In this document: in pieces, positions 34,911 through 42,043 of the stretch
Position numbering within the stretch: position 1 is the first letter of the stretch
Layout of the letters: each line of letters begins with the position of its first letter
Assembly: GCA_963717645.1 (NCBI GenBank)
Contig: CAVQWQ010000001.1
Coordinates: 4,994-68,993, forward strand
Reading direction: 5' to 3'
DNA: 64,000 bases
Source: an uncultured Actinomycetes bacterium
GTDB lineage: Bacteria; Actinomycetota; Acidimicrobiia; Acidimicrobiales; AC-9
Notes under the pieces: model-generated
Database searches by the model: none
The model's input: the letters and a program-made list of their open reading frames with translations, nothing else
Told to the model about the DNA's origin: nothing
Program-made: the position numbers and the translations under genes

Positions 34911-36128
34911 ATGTCCGATCTCGCCGTCACCTACAACCCCTTCGAGCCGGGGTTCGCCAGCAATCCCTACCCCCACTACCAGGCCCTGCGAGAGGCCGAC
35001 CCGGTCCACCACAGCCCGCTGGGATTCTGGATGCTCTTTCGCCACGACGACGTCCTGCGCTTCCTGCGCGATCCCGGGCTCAGCGTCGAGGACCGGCGGG
35101 CGACCCCGACGCCTTTGGACGACCTGGCTCGCGAGGTGCAGGGCGATCGGGCTGAGCGTGGAAGCCTCGCCATGCTCAATCGCGATCCGCCTGACCACAC
35201 CCGCCTGCGGCGGCTTGTCTCCAAGGCGTTCACCCCGAAGGTGATCGACGGGCTACGACCCCGAATCGGTCGCCTGGTGGAGGACAAGCTGGACGCCATC
35301 GAGGCGGCCGGGGAGGTCGAGCTGATCAGCGCCCTCGCCTTCCCCCTGCCCTTCGAGGTGATTTCAGAGATGCTGGGCATGCCGGACGGCGACCGCGACC
35401 AGCTCCGCGAGTGGTCAGGCACGCTCGTCAAGAGCCTCGAGCCGATGTTCGACGTCGAGCAGCTGCAGGCGATCGTCGAGGCTGGCGACGCCATGCGGGA
35501 GTACACCACCGACGTCATCTCGTGGAAGCGGCGCAACCCAGCCGAGGACCTCCTCTCCGCCCTCGTCGCGGCGGAGGAGCAGGGTGACGCCCTCTCCGAC
35601 GAGGAACTGCTCGAGCAGGTCATGCTCCTCTACATCGCCGGCCACGAGACCACCGTGAACCTGATTGGCAACGGCACCCTCGCCCTGATGACCAACCCCG
35701 ACGAGCTCGAGCGCCTCCGCGCCGACCCGTCCCGCGACGCCAACGCCGTGGAGGAGCTGCTGCGCTACGACAGCCCAGTGCAGATGTCCCGACGCATCAC
35801 CCTGGTCGAGGTCGAGATCGACGGCAAGCTCATCGAGCCTGGCAGCTTCGTGGGCCTGGGGCTTGCGTCGGCGAACCGAGACCCGGTCCACTGGGGCGAG
35901 AGCGCCGACGAGCTCGACCTCGCCCGGCAGGGTGCTGGCCAGCACGTATCGTTCGGCGGCGGACCGCACTATTGCCTGGGTGCGGCGCTGGCTCGCCTCG
36001 AGGGGCAGCTGGCCATCGGCGGCTTGATCCGGCGGTTCGCCAATCTCGAGCTGGTGGGCGAGCCGCAATGGAACGGCCGCCTCAACCTGCGGGGCCTGGC
36101 CGGACTGCCGGTCGCAGCCCGGCGCTGA
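34911..36128 (+). CDS. cytochrome P450 (island cargo)
   Basis: A GGAGGAG RBS precedes MSDLAVTYNPFEPGF...LNRDPPDHTRLRRLV...YIAGHETTVNLI (I-helix)...EELLRYDSP (ExxR)...VSFGGGPHYCLGAALAR (heme Cys loop). Confidence 0.9.
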   Translation: MSDLAVTYNPFEPGFASNPYPHYQALREADPVHHSPLGFWMLFRHDDVLRFLRDPGLSVEDRRATPTPLDDLAREVQGDRAERGSLAMLNRDPPDHTRLRRLVSKAFTPKVIDGLRPRIGRLVEDKLDAIEAAGEVELISALAFPLPFEVISEMLGMPDGDRDQLREWSGTLVKSLEPMFDVEQLQAIVEAGDAMREYTTDVISWKRRNPAEDLLSALVAAEEQGDALSDEELLEQVMLLYIAGHETTVNLIGNGTLALMTNPDELERLRADPSRDANAVEELLRYDSPVQMSRRITLVEVEIDGKLIEPGSFVGLGLASANRDPVHWGESADELDLARQGAGQHVSFGGGPHYCLGAALARLEGQLAIGGLIRRFANLELVGEPQWNGRLNLRGLAGLPVAARR

Positions 36129-36260
36129 GGCCGGCCACGAGTGCCGGCGCTTCGCCCTGGCCCGTCCGGCCTTGCGCGGCATCTGGGGCGGCCTCACCGA
36201 GGACGAGCAGGAGGAGTGGCGGGCACTGTATAGGGAGATGGCTCCTCGCCATCCGGCCCG

Positions 36261-36545
36261 TCACTGTTGACGGTACTCGTCCACCTGGTCCTGAAAGCTC
36301 TGCAGCACGTCTTGCATCTCCCTCTCGCCGCCGCGGGCCCGAATGACACTGAGGCTGTGCCCGGCGATGCCGAACGCTACCGACGACATGGCTGCCAGTG
36401 AGCGAGGATCCGTCGGTGCGGTGGCGTCGATCTGCGCTACTGCCAGTTGATCGCCAGATAGCCACGCCTTCAAGCGCTGGAGGGTGCGGTCGGTGGCGTC
36501 CGCAATGAGCTGTCGGTCTGCCGGGCTCGGGGGGTCGTCAGCCAT
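36261..36545 (-). CDS. hypothetical small protein
   Basis: A 94-aa ORF with reasonable composition (MADDPPSPADRQLIADATDRTLQRLKAWLSGDQLAVAQIDATAPTDPRSLAAM...MQDVLQSFQDQVDEYRQQ). No family recognised. Confidence 0.45.
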   Translation of the reverse strand: MADDPPSPADRQLIADATDRTLQRLKAWLSGDQLAVAQIDATAPTDPRSLAAMSSVAFGIAGHSLSVIRARGGEREMQDVLQSFQDQVDEYRQQ

Positions 36546-36658
36546 GCAGTAATGGTCTCACGGAGGGATGGCCTTGATCCGGGGCATGGAGACCCCTTGG
36601 AGGGCAGGGTGCCCTCGTTCTCCTTGTTTCGCGTTCAGTCACCTAGGCTCGACCTTCT

Positions 36659-37066
36659 GTGGCCATCGCCGCCGAACCAATCTGGCCGCAGGGAGGTCAG
36701 GCTTCCCCCGTCGCCGGGGCGGATTGGCTGGACTGGGCCAAGCCCCCGGCGTGGGCGGCCGATGCCGCGTGCAAGGAGCACCCGGAGCTCGACTTCGTGC
36801 CTCCGTCCGGCGTCTACCTGGCTTCTCTCCGGGCGGTCTGCGAGGGGTGCCTCGTGCGCCGGGAGTGCCTGGCCTACGCCATGGCTGACGCGACCCTGCA
36901 GGGCGTGTGGAGTGGGACGACGGAGCGGGAGCGGAAGGCGATGCGGGGTCGGCTTAGAGCCCGGAGAGGGTGGCGACCCGGGCGCGGTGTTGGCGGGCCG
37001 TGCCGAACACGGCGTCGCCGGACTTCGCCCGCTTCACGTACAGGTGCATGTCGTGCTCCCAAGTGA
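36659..37066 (+). CDS. WhiB-like (Wbl) iron-sulfur transcription factor; the 3' end reads across the island/host junction
   Basis: The Cys pattern C-x24-C-x2-C-x5-C (AACKEHPELDF...AVCEGCLVRREC) and the GVWSGTTERER motif (G[VI]WGG..ER) are Wbl hallmarks. The start (GTG 36659) is uncertain. The last ~37 codons are antisense to the ACAD gene end. Confidence 0.7.
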   Translation: MAIAAEPIWPQGGQASPVAGADWLDWAKPPAWAADAACKEHPELDFVPPSGVYLASLRAVCEGCLVRRECLAYAMADATLQGVWSGTTERERKAMRGRLRARRGWRPGRGVGGPCRTRRRRTSPASRTGACRAPK

Positions 37067-38081
37067 AGCCGATTCCGCCGAGGCTCTGTATCCCCTCCTG
37101 GGCTAGGAGACGCTGGCAGTCGCCGGCTGCCGCCTTGGCCATGGAGACGGCCAGAGTCCGACGCTCGTCGTCCTCGGCGAGGGTCGCCGACGCGAAGTAG
37201 CACACGGCCCGCGCTGACTCGAGGGCGACGAACATGTCGGCGAACTTGTGCTTCATGGCCTGAAAGGACCCGATGGGCGAGCCGAACTGCTCGCGGGTCT
37301 TGGCGTGCTCGAGGGCGATATCGAAGATCGACTGGCAGGTCCCCACCATCTCCAGCGCCAGCGCCGTCGACGCCTCCTCGACGACGCGGGCGAGCACCAG
37401 CGCGCAGCTTCCCGGCTCGCCCAGCGCGCGGTCGGGACCGACGGTCACGCCGTCGAGGCTCACCGTCGCGTACTGGCGGCTGGCGTCGAGTGTCTGGACG
37501 GCGGTCGCCACGACAGCGTCCCGGGGGACGACGAACAAGGCCAGACCGTCGGGTCCCTCCGTGCCATCGAGTCGGGCCGCGACCACCAGCTCTGTGGCGG
37601 TGGCGCCCTCGGCGACATAGTGCTTCGAGCCGTCGAGGAGCCAGCCATCCCCATGGCGGCGGGCCACCAGTCCGACGTCCTCACCCGCCCAGCTCCCCGA
37701 CTCCTCGGCCACCGCCAGGGTGCCGGTGATGCGACCGGCCGCCACGTCACCGAGGAACCGTTGCTGCTGCGCTGTGGTGCCCGCTTCACGGATCGCGGGG
37801 ACGAACTGGGACACCGTCGGCAGGAACGGTCCGGGAGCGATCGCCCGTCCGAGCTCCTCGACGACGACGGCCAGCTCGACGAATCCAAGCCCCAGGCCCC
37901 CGTGCTCCGGATCGATCGTCAGCGCCGTCCAGTCGAGGTCGACCATGGCCGCCCAGAGGTCGTCGGCCGAGGCGCCCTTCTCGACCACCTCGCGCACGAA
38001 GCTGGGCGGGCACTCGCGTGCGAGCACGGCCCGCACCGACGTGCGCAGCTCCTCCTGGTCGGCTGTGAACTCGAGGTCCAT
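36954..38081 (-). CDS. acyl-CoA dehydrogenase (integration target; intact reading frame)
   Basis: Trimmed to MDLEFTADQEELRTSVRAVL.... ACAD motifs run throughout, and the C-terminus reads ...EHAKTREQFGSPIGSFQAMKHKFADM...GGIGFTWEHDMHLYVKRAK...ATLSGL*. The upstream 174 codons of track ORF 36954..38603 overlap queE antisense and are rejected. Confidence 0.9.
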   Translation of the reverse strand: MDLEFTADQEELRTSVRAVLARECPPSFVREVVEKGASADDLWAAMVDLDWTALTIDPEHGGLGLGFVELAVVVEELGRAIAPGPFLPTVSQFVPAIREAGTTAQQQRFLGDVAAGRITGTLAVAEESGSWAGEDVGLVARRHGDGWLLDGSKHYVAEGATATELVVAARLDGTEGPDGLALFVVPRDAVVATAVQTLDASRQYATVSLDGVTVGPDRALGEPGSCALVLARVVEEASTALALEMVGTCQSIFDIALEHAKTREQFGSPIGSFQAMKHKFADMFVALESARAVCYFASATLAEDDERRTLAVSMAKAAAGDCQRLLAQEGIQSLGGIGFTWEHDMHLYVKRAKSGDAVFGTARQHRARVATLSGL

Positions 38082-38133
38082 GGAAGGTGTCCCAAAGCTG
38101 ACGTCGGCGTCACGGTAGCAGCTGAAGCTCGGA

Positions 38134-38895
38134 TCAGAGCTGACAGATGAGCTTGTGCGTCTGGGGAACGACCCGGACGCGCGGGTGGAGTCGCAGCGCC
38201 CGCTCCTGCAGCTCCAGCACCTGGCCCGGACTGGGCGCGGCGGTGACGTCGGCGAAGGGCGTGACCGGCTGGAGGAAGACCTCGGTCTCCGGAGCCACCT
38301 GGTGGACCATGGCCACGGCGCGGTCCAGCTCGTCGGGAATCGTCGTCGGCCCGATGACCACCTTGACGAAGAGTCGCCGACCGGCCCCGGCTTGCAGGAA
38401 GCGGCGATGCGTATCGAGGTCGACGGATTCGTGGTCGACGCTGTCGAGCTTGATGTCCATGCCGATGTGGTCGACCCACTCCAGCACCGACGCCAGACCG
38501 CCGGGGAGCGTGCCGTTGGTCTCGAGGTAGATCGGCTGGCGTCTCTGGGCCAGCAGCGGGAACAGCGCGCCGAGGCGTCGGGCCTGGAGCAGGGGCTCGC
38601 CACCGGTCACGCTCACCGAATGGTGCGGGACGGCGCGCCACAACCGATCGACGGCGTCTGCCACCTCGGCGACGGGAAGCGGGCTCTGCCGCCAGCACCA
38701 GTCCCGACGCCCCGCCGTCTGCTCGAGGCGGCACGGACCCGGACGCTTCTCGAGGGCCTCCGGCTGATCGCAGTAGGCGCAGCGGATGTTGCAGCCGGTG
38801 AGGCGGAGGAAGACCTGACGCTCACCGACGAGCGCCCCTTCGCCCTGGATCGCCGAGAAGACCTCCGTCACCAGCAGGGTGCTGGCGTCGGTCAC
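38134..38895 (-). CDS. queE: 7-carboxy-7-deazaguanine synthase (radical SAM)
   Basis: VFSAIQGEGALVGERQVFLRLTGCNIRCAYCD carries the CxxxCxxC radical-SAM cluster in QueE context. It is the last gene of a queD-queC-queE string with overlapping junctions. Confidence 0.85.
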   Translation of the reverse strand: MTDASTLLVTEVFSAIQGEGALVGERQVFLRLTGCNIRCAYCDQPEALEKRPGPCRLEQTAGRRDWCWRQSPLPVAEVADAVDRLWRAVPHHSVSVTGGEPLLQARRLGALFPLLAQRRQPIYLETNGTLPGGLASVLEWVDHIGMDIKLDSVDHESVDLDTHRRFLQAGAGRRLFVKVVIGPTTIPDELDRAVAMVHQVAPETEVFLQPVTPFADVTAAPSPGQVLELQERALRLHPRVRVVPQTHKLICQL

Positions 38896-39590
38896 GGCGT
38901 CGGCAAGGCCGGGTCGGTCACGCCGGCTTCGGCGAAGCCGCGCGCCCGCAGGTGGCAGGCGTCACAGGCCCCGCACGGATCCGGGCCGGCGCGATAGCAC
39001 GACCAGCTCAGCTCGAGGGGGGCACCGAGGTCGAGGGCGAGGCGGATGATCTGGGCCTTGGTGAGGTCGACCAGCGGTGTGCGGATGTCGACGGGTCGGC
39101 CCTCGAGCCCTCTTTTCTGGCCCACCGCCGCCACGGTGCGGAAGGCGTCGACGAACGCCGGCCGGCAGTCGGGGTAGCCGCTGTAGTCCAGGGCGTTGAC
39201 GCCGAGGTACACGGCGTCGGCATCACGGGCCTCGGCGACGCCGAGGGCGACGGCGAGGAAGATGCTGTTGCGGGCGGGCACGTACGTCACCGGTATGTCG
39301 ACAGCGTCGGGCTCGCCGCCGCCCGCCGGAGCCGTTGGTCGCGGTATATCGACCGAGGAGTCGGTGAGGGCCGAGCCACCCCAGGCCCGCGTGTCGATGG
39401 CGACGAGGAGGGGCTCGGCGCCGTAGCGGGCCGCCACCTTGGCGGCACGCTCGAGCTCGATTCTGTGCGACTGGCCGTAGTCGAAGCTGAGGGCCAGCGG
39501 CGGACGATCGGCATCCCTCGCCGCCAGGGCCATGCAGGTGGTGGAGTCGAGCCCGCCCGAGAGGATGACCACCTGCCGGTCCGGGTTCAT
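38892..39590 (-). CDS. queC: 7-cyano-7-deazaguanine synthase
   Basis: Trimmed to MNPDRQVVILSGGLDSTTC (SGGxDS PP-loop), with ...YVPARNSIFL...DYSGYPDCRP...CYRAGPDPCGACDACHLR (Zn-binding Cys cluster). ATGA overlap with the queD stop. Confidence 0.9.
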   Translation of the reverse strand: MNPDRQVVILSGGLDSTTCMALAARDADRPPLALSFDYGQSHRIELERAAKVAARYGAEPLLVAIDTRAWGGSALTDSSVDIPRPTAPAGGGEPDAVDIPVTYVPARNSIFLAVALGVAEARDADAVYLGVNALDYSGYPDCRPAFVDAFRTVAAVGQKRGLEGRPVDIRTPLVDLTKAQIIRLALDLGAPLELSWSCYRAGPDPCGACDACHLRARGFAEAGVTDPALPTP

Positions 39591-39943
39591 TCGGCCAACA
39601 GCTCGACCATGGACTGCGGGGTCTCCCAGAGACGGACCGAGACCAGGTCCAGACCCGCCGCCTCGAGATGCTTCCACGCCTGGTGGGCAATCCGCTCGGC
39701 GGTGGGGTTGTCCACGATGTCGTTCAGCAGGCGGTGGTCGTAGCGGCTCACGACGTCGCGCTCGACGATCGCCGCCAGGTCGTCGAAGTCCATGACGACG
39801 CCGTGCTCGTTGACGGGCCCCTCGACGGTGACCTCGAGGCGGTAGCTGTGGCCGTGCAATCGCTGGCACTTACCGGCGTGCCAGGGCAGATGATGGGCCG
39901 CCTCGAAGGCGAACGAGCGGCTGACCTGGGTGCGCATGCGCAC
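39587..39943 (-). CDS. queD: 6-carboxy-5,6,7,8-tetrahydropterin synthase
   Basis: SFAFEAAHHLPWHAGKCQRLHGHSYRLEVTVEG...VMDFDDL has the typical QueD/PTPS His and Cys motifs, at 118 aa. Confidence 0.9.
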   Translation of the reverse strand: MRMRTQVSRSFAFEAAHHLPWHAGKCQRLHGHSYRLEVTVEGPVNEHGVVMDFDDLAAIVERDVVSRYDHRLLNDIVDNPTAERIAHQAWKHLEAAGLDLVSVRLWETPQSMVELLAE

Positions 39944-39958
39944 CCAGGCTATCCCCGG

Positions 39959-40225
39959 CTACCTGTGGTCGGCGCGGCCCTGATCCGAGTCAGGCGAGCC
40001 GTAGGGCTCGCCTGACTCCTGGTAGCAGTCGGCGTGGTAGTGCTCCACCCGGTCCCACGTGCCGTTGACATAGACGTTGGCGATGACCTGGCGGAGCTGG
40101 GCGCGGGCGACGAACTTCACCGGAGCGCCGCAGTGGGCGCAGATGGCTGAGCTGCCGGGCTCCACCGTTCGGACGACAGCTCGACTCTCGGTCACGCTTC
40201 TTATTCCGCCCGCCTTCTTGCTCAC
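39959..40225 (-). CDS. small Cys/His-containing hypothetical protein
   Basis: An 88-aa ORF, ...SAICAHCGAPVKFVARAQLRQVIANVYVNGTWDRVEHYHADCY..., lying 15 nt upstream of queD on the same strand. No family recognised. Confidence 0.5.
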   Translation of the reverse strand: MSKKAGGIRSVTESRAVVRTVEPGSSAICAHCGAPVKFVARAQLRQVIANVYVNGTWDRVEHYHADCYQESGEPYGSPDSDQGRADHR

Positions 40226-40316
40226 GTCGCCCCCCCAGCCGCGCCAGGGATCTGCTGCGGCTCAGCACCAGACTAGTCAACTGATCCGGCGTCAGGCCAT
40301 CATCTGGCGGGGTCGG

Positions 40317-42002
40317 TCACACGCCCCTGACGAGCGGCTTGTAACGGATGCGGTGGGGCTGGTCGGCGGCCGCCCCGAGCCGGCGCCGGCGCTCGGCCTC
40401 GTAATCGCTGAAGTTCCCCTCGAACCAGTGCACCATTGACTCGCCCTCGAAGGCGAGCACGTGTGTCGCGATCCGGTCGAGGAACCACCGGTCGTGGGTG
40501 ATCACGACGGCGCAGCCGGCGAAGGCCACGAGCGCGTCCTCTAGGGCCCGGAGCGTGTCGACGTCGAGGTCGTTGGTCGGCTCGTCGAGCAGGAGCACGT
40601 TGCCACCCGAGCGCAGGACCTTGGCCAGATGGATGCGGTTGCGCTCACCGCCGGAGCAGTCGCCGACCTTCTTCTGGTGGTCGGATCCGGTGAAGTTGAA
40701 CCCGGCCACGTACGCCCGTCCGTGGATCTCCCGGCCGCCGACCATCAGGCGGTCCTGGCCGCCGGTGATCTCCTCGTAGACCGTTACGGACGGATCGAGG
40801 GTCTGGCGCGACTGGTCCACGTAGGCCAGGCTCACCGTCGGTCCGACGACCAGGCTGCCGTCGTCGGGCTTCTCCTGGCCGGTGATCATGCGCAGGAGCG
40901 TGGTCTTGCCCGCCCCGTTGGGGCCGATCACGCCGACGATCCCCCCTCGGGGCAGCGAGAAGTCGAGCGTGTCGATGAGCAGACGCTCGCCGTAGCCCTT
41001 GCTCAGCTCGGTCGCCTCGACCACGAGGTCGCCCAGGCGGGGCCCCGGCGGTATGGCCAGCTCCAGCCGCTCCTCCCGGGCGGGAGCAGCGGCTGACTCG
41101 GCCAGCAGCGCCTCGTAGGCCGACAGGCGGGCCTTGCCCTTGGCCTGGCGCGCGCGGGGGGAGAGGCGGACCCACTCGAGCTCACGCTCGAGGGTGCGAC
41201 GGCGCGCCGAGTCGGCCTTCTCCTCGTTGGCGAGCCGGGCCTGCTTCTGCTCCAGCCACGAGGAGTAGTTGCCCTCCCACGGCAGTCCGGCCCCCCGGTC
41301 GAGCTCGAGGATCCACCCGGCCACGTTGTCGAGGAAGTAGCGGTCGTGGGTGACCGCCACGACCGTTCCCTCGTAGTCGTGCAGGAACCGCTCGAGCCAG
41401 GCCACCGACTCGGCATCGAGGTGGTTGGTCGGCTCGTCGAGCAGGAGGAGGTCGGGCCGGCTGAGCAGCAGGCGGCACAGGGCGACCCGGCGGCGCTCGC
41501 CGCCCGAGAGCGTGTCCACGCCGGCGTCGCCGGGCGGGAGCCGGAGGGCGTCCATGGCGACCTCGAGGGTCCGGTCCAGCTCCCAGGCTGCGATGGCCTC
41601 GATGCGGTCCTGGCACTCGCCCTGCTCGGCAAGCAGCCGGTCCATCTCCTCGGGGCCTGCCGATCCCAGCTGTTCGCTGATCTCCTCGAAGCGCCGGAGC
41701 AGCGCCGTCGCCTCGCCCATCCCGGCGGCCACGTTTCCAAGGACGTCACGGGTCGCATCGAGCGTGGGCTCCTGGGGCAGATGTCCCACCGTGAAGCCCG
41801 GGGAGAGCCTGGCCTGTCCGGTGTACCCGTCGTCCTCGCCTGCCATGATGCGAAGCAGCGAGGACTTCCCCGACCCGTTGGCGCCGATCACGCCGATCTT
41901 CGCTCCCGGGTAGAAGGACAGGTTGATCCCCTTCAACACCTCCCGGTCGGGGGGGTAGAAACGGCGGAGGTCCCGCATCACGTAGATGAACTGCGCCGGC
42001 AC
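40317..42002 (-). CDS. ettA: energy-dependent translational throttle protein EttA (ABC-F ATPase)
   Basis: Trimmed to a GTG start: [55 protein letters not shown].... It has two ABC cassettes ([28 protein letters not shown]) and is about 561 aa, typical of EttA. Confidence 0.9.
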   Translation of the reverse strand: MPAQFIYVMRDLRRFYPPDREVLKGINLSFYPGAKIGVIGANGSGKSSLLRIMAGEDDGYTGQARLSPGFTVGHLPQEPTLDATRDVLGNVAAGMGEATALLRRFEEISEQLGSAGPEEMDRLLAEQGECQDRIEAIAAWELDRTLEVAMDALRLPPGDAGVDTLSGGERRRVALCRLLLSRPDLLLLDEPTNHLDAESVAWLERFLHDYEGTVVAVTHDRYFLDNVAGWILELDRGAGLPWEGNYSSWLEQKQARLANEEKADSARRRTLERELEWVRLSPRARQAKGKARLSAYEALLAESAAAPAREERLELAIPPGPRLGDLVVEATELSKGYGERLLIDTLDFSLPRGGIVGVIGPNGAGKTTLLRMITGQEKPDDGSLVVGPTVSLAYVDQSRQTLDPSVTVYEEITGGQDRLMVGGREIHGRAYVAGFNFTGSDHQKKVGDCSGGERNRIHLAKVLRSGGNVLLLDEPTNDLDVDTLRALEDALVAFAGCAVVITHDRWFLDRIATHVLAFEGESMVHWFEGNFSDYEAERRRRLGAAADQPHRIRYKPLVRGV

Positions 42003-42043
42003 GGTCCCGACGGTAGCGGCTCGGGTCGCCGGTAGGATCGAAG

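Larger units (their letters stand above)
20162..36988. mobile_element. E2: ~16.8 kb serine-integrase element with phage-satellite/defective-prophage gene content
   Basis: The left end carries the junction motif plus an intact serine recombinase. The right end has a WhiB-like gene running into a replacement 35-nt ACAD 3' end. Internally there are an XRE switch, primase-helicase, TerS, a broken TerL, an Xis-like HTH, IS3 and cargo. Boundaries are inferred from where ACAD homology starts and stops. Confidence 0.7.

Noticed and set aside
14536-36988. The island as a complete, inducible prophage.
   Set aside because: I recognised no portal, capsid, protease, tail, tape-measure or lysis genes. The terminase is broken, and the elements are only ~5.6 and ~16.8 kb.
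14536-36988. The island as an actinomycete integrative conjugative element (AICE/ICE).
   Set aside because: I saw no FtsK/TraB-like translocase, relaxase, Spd or NUDIX/Pif genes. The only secretion-type signal is a ~65-codon CpaF/VirB11 ATPase scrap at 19739-19945.
36954-38603. The 549-aa version of the acyl-CoA dehydrogenase ORF, with similar N-terminal extensions of queC (to 39869), ettA (to 42416), the helicase (to 51584), galK (to 57649) and the MaoC gene (to 2390).
   Set aside because: The extensions are compositionally junk. They overlap upstream genes, and each has an internal start that yields a canonical family N-terminus.
39944-40316. A preQ1 riboswitch upstream of the queD-queC-queE operon.
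   Set aside because: Only 15 nt separate queD from the upstream small ORF. By eye, the 90-nt region upstream of that ORF shows no obvious preQ1-type hairpin plus A-rich tail. A TTGACT -35-like hexamer is present, but I could not pair it with a convincing -10.
42003-42043. The 41-nt divergent spacer between ettA and kgd as a special regulatory element.
   Set aside because: It is short, with nothing repetitive or palindromic in it. It probably reflects leaderless or short-leader transcripts, or slightly mis-set start codons.
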